Notes under the pieces: generated by a model
What the model was told of the DNA's origin: nothing
Database searches by the model: none
Seen by the model: the letters and a program-made list of their open reading frames with translations, nothing else
In this document: piece after piece, positions 54,350-62,118 of the stretch
Layout of the letters: the number at the start of each line of letters is the position of its first letter
Position numbering within the stretch: the stretch's first letter is position 1
DNA from: Bacteroidales bacterium UBA3764
GTDB lineage: Bacteria; Bacteroidota; Bacteroidia; Bacteroidales; UBA932
DNA length: 62,118 bases
NCBI GenBank assembly: GCA_002371115.1
Contig: DFFY01000056.1
Location: forward strand, 1 to 62,118
Direction of reading: 5' to 3'
Translations under genes and position numbers: made by a program

Positions 54350-55645
54350 ATGACAACCACTAAAAGCTGGTACAAATGGGAGGTCCTCCTGCTGCTGTGG
54401 ATGGCCTTCCTCCTGAATCAGGGAGACCGCCAGGTCTTCAATACGGTGCTTCCGGCCATCCGGGACGCCCTGAACCTGACCGACACCTCGGTGGGCTGGA
54501 TAGCCACCATCTTCAACTTGTTCTACGCCATCATGGTGCCCATCGGCGGCTGGGCCGGAGACCGATTCAGCCGGAAATGGGTGACCACCGTGAGCATTCT
54601 CTTCTGGAGCGTGGCCACCATGTTCACGGGCCTGGCCACCAGTTTCATGTGGCTGGTTATCCTGCGCTCGGTAGCCACCGGCGGCGGCGAAGCCTTCTTT
54701 GGCCCGGCCAACTATTCCCTGCTGGGACAATACCATACGGATACCCGCGCCCGCGCCATGTCCATCCACCAGACCGCCTACTACGTGGGCGTCATCCTGG
54801 CCGGATGGCTGGCCGGACTCATTGCCGACAAAATGGGCTGGAAGTACTCCTTCATCATTTTTGGCGTGGCAGGCATCGTATGGGGCATCCTGATGATTAT
54901 CCGGCTCAAGGACTATGCAGATCCTTCGGCTTCGCCTCAGGATGACAGCTATCGTTCGCCTCAGGATGACAATTGTCATTCTGAGCGCAGCGAAGAATCT
55001 CGCAAGCCCGGTTTCTTTGACGGATTCAAGACCGTTTTCATCACGCCCACGGCCTGCATGCTTACCATCGGCTTCAGCGGACTCATCTTCGTTATCACCG
55101 GTTACATGACCTGGGTTCCGGCCTACCTTCAGGAGGAGTTTGGGCAGAGCCAGGCCGCGGCCGGCTTCAATTCCATGTTCTGGACCTATGTCGCCGCTTT
55201 TATCGGCGTACTCATTGCGGGGACCCTGTCGGACAAGCTGGCCGCCGGAAACCGCAAAATCAGGATGACCCTCCAGGCCGCAGGCCTGCTGGGCGGCGCC
55301 GTGTTCCTGTTCCTGATGGGCGGACATCCCAGCCTCTGGCTCCTGTATATCAGCTTTGCCGGCTGGGGCTTTTTCCGGGCGTTCTTTGACGCCAACACAT
55401 ACGCCGTCCTATATGACGTCACACCCGAGCACCTGCATGCCAGCTGCTCCAGCGCCATGATCATGACCGGATTCGGCGTGGGCGCCCTGGCGCCGGTCAT
55501 CCTGGGCGCCCTCAAAGAAAGCATGGGCAGTCTCAGCGCCACCTTCCCCATCCTGGGCGGCATCTGGGTGGTTTGCAGCATACTCATGTTCCTCGTTGCC
55601 AGAACAAGCTATCAGAAAGACTATAACAACTTACATCATGAATAA
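54350..55645 (+). CDS. MFS transporter
   Basis: 12 hydrophobic segments, LNQGDRQ, GWAGDRFSRK, GTLSDK. Confidence 0.93.
   Translation: MTTTKSWYKWEVLLLLWMAFLLNQGDRQVFNTVLPAIRDALNLTDTSVGWIATIFNLFYAIMVPIGGWAGDRFSRKWVTTVSILFWSVATMFTGLATSFMWLVILRSVATGGGEAFFGPANYSLLGQYHTDTRARAMSIHQTAYYVGVILAGWLAGLIADKMGWKYSFIIFGVAGIVWGILMIIRLKDYADPSASPQDDSYRSPQDDNCHSERSEESRKPGFFDGFKTVFITPTACMLTIGFSGLIFVITGYMTWVPAYLQEEFGQSQAAAGFNSMFWTYVAAFIGVLIAGTLSDKLAAGNRKIRMTLQAAGLLGGAVFLFLMGGHPSLWLLYISFAGWGFFRAFFDANTYAVLYDVTPEHLHASCSSAMIMTGFGVGALAPVILGALKESMGSLSATFPILGGIWVVCSILMFLVARTSYQKDYNNLHHE
54919..55000. repeat. REP-like palindromic element in frame in the MFS central loop
   Basis: agatccttcggcttcgcctcaggatgaca...ttcgcctcaggatgacaattgtcattctgagcgcagcgaagaatct. 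Confidence 0.8.
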
Positions 55646-57101
55646 GACAGACAAAATTCGGAAACCAAAAGCGGGGCTTCTGCTCATTGCCTCTCCCCGC
55701 TTCAAGAACCTGTATGGCCCCAAGCGCGGCACCTATGGCGAGCGCAAGGACAAGGCCGTGAAGGAAATCAAGGCCACCATGGACTTCCTGGACCTGGTGG
55801 ACCCGGGCATTGTCTATGAGCGCGAAGACGCAGAAAAGGCGCTGAACCTCTTTTTCGCGGAAAAGGTGGACTTCGTGTATGCGGAATTCCTCTCCTGGAG
55901 CGAGGACTTTGCCTGGATTCGGTTCCTTCGCGACTGCCCGGACATGCCCATCATCTTCTGCAACGTAGCCAAGCCCAGAATGACCTTTGAGACCACCCTG
56001 GACGAAGACGACTTTGTGGATTACCTCTGCGCCGGCACGCTAGTGGGCTCGCTGGAAGGCTCCGGCAGCCTCAAGCGCATCCCCAGAAAGGGCGTCCGCA
56101 CCGTGATGGGCACCCGTGCGGAAATTACGGAAAAGGTCCGCGTTTTTGCCACCGCCGCCCGCACCCGCAGCATCCTGCGCCATTCCAACGTGGGCCTCAT
56201 GGCCAACATGAACGAGGCCATGTGGAGCACCTATTTCGACAATTACGACCTCTTCACCAAGATAGGCCCGGAAATCCATTACCTGCCCTACAGCGACTAT
56301 GGCACCGAAATTGACAACCTCACCGACGAAGAGGTAAAAGCCTATGCCCAGGAGCTCACGTCCAAGTACAAGATGATGGACGATGTGGAATACGACAAGT
56401 TCATCGGCTGCGTGAAGGCCACCCTCGCCATCAAGAAGCTGGCCCAGAAGAACGACATCGACTGCTATGTCTATAACGACATCGACCAGGCCACGTTCCG
56501 CACCGCCGGCTGCCGGGCAGGCTTCTACCCGCAGTGGTTCAACGAGAACGTAAGCGTCCTGGTACCGGAGGCCGACATTGGCGCAGGACTGGCCACCTAC
56601 ATCCTCAAGCTCATCAGCGGCAAGAACGTGAATTTCATCGAACCGTTCCACATTGAGGACGATTTTGGCACCTTTGCCGGCGGCCATGCCGGTCCCAACG
56701 ACCACAACGACCCCGCCTGGCAGGACAACGTGATTATCTCCCGCGACGTCCGCTTTGCCAAGACATCCTGGAAGTATGCCGGTGCCCCGTTCGCCTGGTA
56801 CCGGATCAGCCCGGGCCTCAAGACCGTATGCGGCCTGTATGAGGAGGACGGCAAGTACAAGCTGGTCACCTTCATGGCGGAGAGCCTGAGCGAGAAAGAC
56901 ACGCCGCAGAGCGCCAAGAAACACCTCCTGGCTACCTACAGCCACACCATCTTCCGCCCGCAGGTGCCGGTGAAAGAACTCTTCGAAAAGGTGCTCCGGG
57001 TGGGCGTCACCCAGCACTACGCCATTGCCGACGGAGACTGGCGCCCGCAGCTGGAAGCCTTTGCAGAAATCATGGGATTTGAATTTTATAATATCGGTTA
57101 G
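55638..57101 (+). CDS. L-fucose/L-arabinose isomerase family protein
   Basis: PEAD.GA metal-ligand motif, F.EP, GHAGP, GVTQHYAI..GD. Confidence 0.8.
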   Translation: MNKTDKIRKPKAGLLLIASPRFKNLYGPKRGTYGERKDKAVKEIKATMDFLDLVDPGIVYEREDAEKALNLFFAEKVDFVYAEFLSWSEDFAWIRFLRDCPDMPIIFCNVAKPRMTFETTLDEDDFVDYLCAGTLVGSLEGSGSLKRIPRKGVRTVMGTRAEITEKVRVFATAARTRSILRHSNVGLMANMNEAMWSTYFDNYDLFTKIGPEIHYLPYSDYGTEIDNLTDEEVKAYAQELTSKYKMMDDVEYDKFIGCVKATLAIKKLAQKNDIDCYVYNDIDQATFRTAGCRAGFYPQWFNENVSVLVPEADIGAGLATYILKLISGKNVNFIEPFHIEDDFGTFAGGHAGPNDHNDPAWQDNVIISRDVRFAKTSWKYAGAPFAWYRISPGLKTVCGLYEEDGKYKLVTFMAESLSEKDTPQSAKKHLLATYSHTIFRPQVPVKELFEKVLRVGVTQHYAIADGDWRPQLEAFAEIMGFEFYNIG

Positions 57102-57103
57102 TT

Positions 57104-58975
57104 ATGAGTTTTATGTACAACCCGTTCCCCTTTCACGACCCCAAACCCGTGAACAGGCCGGAACTCAGCAAAAAAACAATTGATTCCATCGTAGCCGGCG
57201 GGAACCAGCACGTAGCCAAAGCCTTCATCACCGCCATCGCCCCCAAGGTGGAGAAGGAAGGCGCCATTGTGGCCTTCGACGGTTACACCACCACCAAATG
57301 GGACCTCCTGGTGAGCCTGCTGGCCCGCGAGTGCGACGTCTTTGGTTTCAAGATTGAATTCGTGGACAGCTACCAGCGCACCTTCAAGAGCGGCGCGGAA
57401 ATTGACGCCATCATCGACCCGCTCCTCATCTGGGACAAGAAGATTGACCCTACGCTGCTTTACGGGAAGGTGTACCACGGCGGTTATATCGGCCTCATGG
57501 AACCGGAGAAGGTAGAAGCCTTCAAGAAAGAAATACCGGCCCTGAAGGCGCCCGGAACGCTGGTGGTGGTGTATGGCTACGGTTCCCTCATCAAGGAATT
57601 CCGCCCGCTGTACGACGTAAAATGCTGGTTCGACATTACCCCCATGAACAGCATGCTGCGCATCCGCGCCGGGGAATACGCCAACCTGGGCAAAAAGCAT
57701 ACGGGCATCATCAACCGCACCATCCGCCGCTGCTACTACTGCGACTTCGAGAACGCCGTGCAGCTGCGCAAGGAGCTCTTTGCCACCGGTGAACTGGACT
57801 GGTTCTTCCTGGACAACGACCGCACCAAACTGCAAATGATGCCGTTCTCCGCTTTTGCCGATATTTGCGCCCAGCTGGTGAAATACCCCTTCCGCGCCAA
57901 GCCCTGCTACCTGGAAGGCGTCTGGGGCGGCAGCTACATGAAACGGCTGCGCAACCTGCCCGACGAGATGCGCAACTGCGCCTGGATATTCGACTTTATT
58001 CCCATGGAGGTGAGCGTGGTGGTGGAAGCCGGTGCAGAGAAACTGGACATCAACTACTGCTCCTTCGTTCACAAGGAGGGCGTGAACCTGATGGGCCAAA
58101 AGGCCGTGGAACACTTTGCCGGGTACTTCCCCATCCGCTTCAACTACGACGACAGCTATCACTCCACGGGCAACATGTCCATCCAGTGCCACTCCGGCGG
58201 CCAGTTCAATATAGAGAACTACAACGAGTTCGGCCGGCAGGACGAGAGCTACTACGTGGTGGTCACCGGCCACGAGGCCAAGACCTTCATCGGCTTCCGG
58301 GACGATGCCGACATCCCCGCCTTCTTCAAGGAAATTGAAGCGGCCGACACGGAGCACAAAGTGTGCGACTACATGAAGTACGTGAGCTACGAGGAATCCA
58401 AACCGGGCCTGCAGGTGATGCTGCCCGCCGGAACCATCCACTCCAGCGGCCGCAACCAGGTAATCCTGGAGATTGGCTCCCTGACCATCGGCTCCTATAC
58501 GTACAAGATGTACGACTATCTGCGCCTGGACTTTGACGGCAAGCAACGCCCCATCCATACCAAGCTGGGAGAGGAAAATGTGGCGCAGCACCGCCGCTAC
58601 AGCGTAATCCACGACCCCAACAGCCCGGATTACATTGTCCAGAAGCCCCGCCTGGACTGCAAGGGAGACGGCTGGGAAGAATACATCCTGGGAGAGAATC
58701 CGCAGATGTACATCTCCCTGCGTCGCCTGGAGTTTGAAAAAGCCTGCCAGCAGGACACCAAGGGCGAAAAATTCCATGTCCTGACGCTGGTGGACGGCGA
58801 TGCCGTGCTTGTCCGCAGCATCGACCATCCGGAGCGCTGCTTCAAGATGGACTTCATGGATATTGTCTGCGTTCCTGCCGATATGGGCAAGTACGAGATT
58901 GTCAACCTGGGCAAGGAACCCATCCGGGTCCACAAAACCACCCTCAGGGAGGGCTTCGAGCATGACCCGAGATAA
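57104..58975 (+). CDS. Class I mannose-6-phosphate isomerase-like cupin with N-terminal extension
   Basis: KPCYLEGVWGG, MSIQCH, QDESYY, PAGTIHSSG, ILEI, YDY.R....G..RP.H. Confidence 0.8.
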   Translation: MSFMYNPFPFHDPKPVNRPELSKKTIDSIVAGGNQHVAKAFITAIAPKVEKEGAIVAFDGYTTTKWDLLVSLLARECDVFGFKIEFVDSYQRTFKSGAEIDAIIDPLLIWDKKIDPTLLYGKVYHGGYIGLMEPEKVEAFKKEIPALKAPGTLVVVYGYGSLIKEFRPLYDVKCWFDITPMNSMLRIRAGEYANLGKKHTGIINRTIRRCYYCDFENAVQLRKELFATGELDWFFLDNDRTKLQMMPFSAFADICAQLVKYPFRAKPCYLEGVWGGSYMKRLRNLPDEMRNCAWIFDFIPMEVSVVVEAGAEKLDINYCSFVHKEGVNLMGQKAVEHFAGYFPIRFNYDDSYHSTGNMSIQCHSGGQFNIENYNEFGRQDESYYVVVTGHEAKTFIGFRDDADIPAFFKEIEAADTEHKVCDYMKYVSYEESKPGLQVMLPAGTIHSSGRNQVILEIGSLTIGSYTYKMYDYLRLDFDGKQRPIHTKLGEENVAQHRRYSVIHDPNSPDYIVQKPRLDCKGDGWEEYILGENPQMYISLRRLEFEKACQQDTKGEKFHVLTLVDGDAVLVRSIDHPERCFKMDFMDIVCVPADMGKYEIVNLGKEPIRVHKTTLREGFEHDPR

Positions 58976-59750
58976 ACTGTTGCTGGACGTCGGGGGCACT
59001 TTCATCAAGTGCTCCGACGGCCGGATGCTTCCCATCGACTCCGACGGCAGTTCGGAAGAAATTGTCCGGGCCTTGAGGATGGCCGTCGAGGGAGAAGACG
59101 GCGAGAATACACCGGCCAGCGTACGGGTCGCCATCCCGGGGCCTTTTGACTACGCGGCCGGGACCTTTCTGATGCGCCATAAATTCGCGGCCGTTTACGG
59201 GGAAAACTTCGCCGACCTGGTCCAGATGCCTCGGGAGAACTTCCGGTATGTACACGATGTCGTTGCCATGCTCCTTGGCAACGTGACGCCGGAGAGCGGC
59301 AACACGGCCCTCCTGACTTTGGGAACCGGGCTGGGCTTTGCCCTGTTCGTGGACGGAAAGGTCCTGCAGAACCCCCTGGGCAGCCCCTCCGTTCCCATAT
59401 ACAACCGTCCGTACCGGGATGGCATTCTTGAGGACTATGTTTCCAAACGCGGCATTGTGGGCCGTTACGGAAAGCCTGCACTCAGCGTGAAGGAGATTGC
59501 CTCCCGGGCCAAAGGCGGAGACACGCATGCACAACAGGTTTTTGCAGAAACCGGCACCATCCTTGGGGAAGCCGTTTCCCCTGTCCTGTCGGAGTTCGGC
59601 ATCAAACACGTTCTGCTGGGAGGCCAGATTTCCCGGAGCTGGGAACTTTTCGCGCCCACCCTGTCGGCGCATCTTTCCCCGGAGACCTCCGTACAGCCAA
59701 TCGCCGACTTTGACAACGCCACGTTCAATGGCCTCAAGGCCTTGCTGTGA
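58962..59750 (+). CDS. ROK family sugar kinase
   Basis: LDVGGTFIK, AIPGPFDY, HD, LTLGTGLG, LEDYVS.RG, LGGQISRS. Confidence 0.88.
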   Translation: MTRDKLLLDVGGTFIKCSDGRMLPIDSDGSSEEIVRALRMAVEGEDGENTPASVRVAIPGPFDYAAGTFLMRHKFAAVYGENFADLVQMPRENFRYVHDVVAMLLGNVTPESGNTALLTLGTGLGFALFVDGKVLQNPLGSPSVPIYNRPYRDGILEDYVSKRGIVGRYGKPALSVKEIASRAKGGDTHAQQVFAETGTILGEAVSPVLSEFGIKHVLLGGQISRSWELFAPTLSAHLSPETSVQPIADFDNATFNGLKALL

Positions 59751-59853
59751 CAACGACCTTTTGGGGGACATCTTTATCCTTATGGCCGGAGAACTTGATT
59801 TGTGTGCAGAAATTGCTTATTTTTGTGTCTTGATGAACTTGATAAGCGTACGC

Positions 59854-61071
59854 ATGAAAAAGATTCTCCTGTTCTTTGTTTTGCTGGCCGGTCTCACGGC
59901 CTGCAGCAGCAAACCGGCCAACTACACCGTTATCATTTCCCTGGACGGGAGCCGCTGGGACTATGCCGACTATTACGACATGCCTTTCTTCGACTCCCTG
60001 GCCACGGTGGGCGTAAAGGCCCGGATGGAGCCTTCTTTTCCCTCCTCCACCTTCCCCAACCACTACACCATGGCCACCGGCCTGGTCCCGGACCATCACG
60101 GCCTGGTGAACAACAGTTTCTGGGATCCGGAAACCGACAGGAACTATTCCATCAGCGGCAAGGACACCCGCTTTGACCCGTACTTCTACGGCGGCGAGCC
60201 CATCTGGATTACCGCCCAGAAGCAGGGCGTGAAATGCGGCGTGGTGTATTGGGTGGGCTCCGACATTGCCGTGGGCCCGGAAGGAAATGCGTATCCCACC
60301 TACTGGCGCCACTGGGACGAGCAGCCGCACTGGAACTTTGACCAGCGCGTGGAGGAGATTGTGCGCCTGATGAGCCTCCCGGAGGCGGAGCGCCCGCAAC
60401 TGGTGATGGGCTATTTTGACGAGCCGGACCACCAGGGCCACGTACACGGCCCCTTCTCCCCGGAAACCAAAGCCATGGCCGAGCACATGGACAGCCTCAT
60501 GCACGCCTTGTACCTGCGTCTGAAAGCCCTGCCGCACGGAGACCGCATCAACTTTATCCTGGCCGGCGACCACGGCATGACGGAAATCTCCCCGGAGCGT
60601 TTCATCGGCTGGTACGACGTAATGCCGCAGGAGTGGACCAAAAAGGTGGTGGGGAACCTGCCCACCAGCATCTGGGCCAAGGAGGGTTATGCGGACAGCC
60701 TGTACAACCGCCTGTCCAAGGTGGAGCACCTCCACGTCTGGAAGCACGGCGAAGTACCTGAGTATCTGCACTATGGCACGTCCAACCGCTTAGGAGACCT
60801 TATTGTGAGCCCGGACCTGGGCTGGCAGTTCAACTTCGCCCCGTCCCGCAACCACGGCGCCCACGGCTTCGACTGCAAGGAAACCGACATGATGGTGGCC
60901 TTCCGTGCCATCGGCCCGGATTTCAAGGAGGCCTATGACGCCCCCTATACGGAGGGTGAAAAGTCGTCGTTCCGCAACATCGACCTGTATCCCATGCTCT
61001 GCAAGCTGCTGGGCGTAAAACCGGCGCCGGTGGACGGAAAACTGGAGCGTATCCAACATATTCTGCGATAA
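59854..61071 (+). CDS. Nucleotide pyrophosphatase/phosphodiesterase (alkaline phosphatase superfamily) lipoprotein
   Basis: IISLDG.RWDY, FPSSTFPNHYTMATGL.P.HHG, EPD..GH.HGP, GDHGM, GAHGFD. Confidence 0.93.
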   Translation: MKKILLFFVLLAGLTACSSKPANYTVIISLDGSRWDYADYYDMPFFDSLATVGVKARMEPSFPSSTFPNHYTMATGLVPDHHGLVNNSFWDPETDRNYSISGKDTRFDPYFYGGEPIWITAQKQGVKCGVVYWVGSDIAVGPEGNAYPTYWRHWDEQPHWNFDQRVEEIVRLMSLPEAERPQLVMGYFDEPDHQGHVHGPFSPETKAMAEHMDSLMHALYLRLKALPHGDRINFILAGDHGMTEISPERFIGWYDVMPQEWTKKVVGNLPTSIWAKEGYADSLYNRLSKVEHLHVWKHGEVPEYLHYGTSNRLGDLIVSPDLGWQFNFAPSRNHGAHGFDCKETDMMVAFRAIGPDFKEAYDAPYTEGEKSSFRNIDLYPMLCKLLGVKPAPVDGKLERIQHILR

Positions 61072-61090
61072 GCACATAACACCAATATCC

Positions 61091-62118
61091 ATGAGCAAAC
61101 ATTTTACACTGCCCTACGAAGGCGGCCTTATTGAAAAAGACCTGCCGGCAGGTATCCTGCACACCTACGAAAAAATTTGGACGCATGTCTATGCGGAATC
61201 CCGTCCGGCCTCTTATGCCATTGCCGATTTCATCGTGAACTCCATCAATGCGCACAAGGACGGACTCTTCCGGCTGGGGCTCACCACAGGCACCACGCCC
61301 ACGTCGCTCTACAACGAGCTGGCCCGCCGTTGCGCCGCCGGGAATGTGTCCTTCAAGAACGTGGAGGTGGTTTCCATCGACGAGTACTATCCCTCGTCCA
61401 GAGAGGAAGCACAAAGCCGCAACCACCGCATCCATGAAACGCTGCTGGACAAGGTGGACATCCGCAAGGAGAACATCCACCTGCCGGACGGCACCGTTCC
61501 CAAGGAGCAGCTGACAGACTATTGCGCCCGCTTCGACGCACTCGCCCGCAACCTGGACCTCCTGGTGATTGGAGTCGGCGAACAAGGCCAGGTGGGCTTC
61601 AACGAGGCCGGCTCCAATGAAAAGACCCGTACGCGCGTGGTACGCCTGTCCTACGGCTCCCGCAAGCGTCAGGCCGGCAATTTCAACGGCGACATCACCG
61701 CCACGCCGGACAAGGCCATCACCATGGGCATCAGCACCATGCTCAGCGCCAAGCGCATCATCCTCATGGCCTGGGGCGAAGACAAAGCCCAAGCCGTGAA
61801 AGAAATTGCGGAAGGCCCCGTCACCACCGACTGCCCGGCTTCCCTGCTGCAGCGCCACGACCATATCTCCTTCTATGTGGACGAAACCGCCGCCAGCCTG
61901 CTCACCCGCAGCGTGGCACCCTGGCTGGTGGGCCCCTGCGACTGGACACCCAAGTTCATCCGCAAGGCCGTGGTCTGGCTGTGCGAGGTCACCGGCAAGC
62001 CCATCCTCAAGCTCACGGAAAAGGACTACCTGAACAACAACCTGAGCGAGCTGCTGGAGAAGGCCGGTCCCTTCGACAAGATAAACATCGACGTGTTCAA
62101 CGACCTCCAGCACACCAT
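61091..62118 (+). CDS. nagB: Long glucosamine-6-phosphate deaminase-like protein (5' part; runs off the window edge)
   Basis: Manual translation: LGLTTGTTPTSLY.EL, IDEYYP, IH.PDGTV, GVGEQGQVGFNE.GS, AITMGISTML.AK.I.LMAWGE.KA, LTR..APWLVG. Confidence 0.85.
   Translation, partial: MSKHFTLPYEGGLIEKDLPAGILHTYEKIWTHVYAESRPASYAIADFIVNSINAHKDGLFRLGLTTGTTPTSLYNELARRCAAGNVSFKNVEVVSIDEYYPSSREEAQSRNHRIHETLLDKVDIRKENIHLPDGTVPKEQLTDYCARFDALARNLDLLVIGVGEQGQVGFNEAGSNEKTRTRVVRLSYGSRKRQAGNFNGDITATPDKAITMGISTMLSAKRIILMAWGEDKAQAVKEIAEGPVTTDCPASLLQRHDHISFYVDETAASLLTRSVAPWLVGPCDWTPKFIRKAVVWLCEVTGKPILKLTEKDYLNNNLSELLEKAGPFDKINIDVFNDLQHT

Overview
Bacteroidales-type chromosomal window (inferred from TAnnTTTG promoters, a SusC/SusD pair and lipoprotein-rich operons). 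All calls were made by eye from motifs, with no database searches. (1) 1-5055: housekeeping block on the minus strand (aroB, an aroD-aroA fusion, aroC with a His/Cys-rich insert, 5' part of sufB). (2) tRNA-Leu(CAA), followed by a ~10.7 kb integrated element bounded by a 19-bp att repeat (5215-15919). It carries a tyrosine integrase, Bro-N protein, membrane protein, Xis-like HTH, phage-type replication genes, oriT/mobC without a relaxase, an EcoRI-family MTase plus DUF262-HNH nuclease, and a lipoprotein with a putative caspase-like domain and a variable LRR array. (3) 15950-22700: remnants of related elements with different cargo (Schlafen/AlbA_2 three-gene cassette, DUF3791/DUF3990 module, truncated int and bro copies, 386-bp direct repeat). 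(4) 22750-59890: a ~37 kb polysaccharide-utilisation locus. It contains GH31, a SusR-like regulator, three pilin-like/beta-helix lipoproteins (two preceded by tiny YxxP peptides and by operator pairs of matching geometry), SusC/D, several phosphoesterases, a His-phosphatase-GH28 fusion, a GH99-like protein and a sugar-catabolism module. (5) ENPP-family phosphodiesterase and the 5' part of a long NagB-like gene. No CRISPR array, rRNA or reverse transcriptase was seen.
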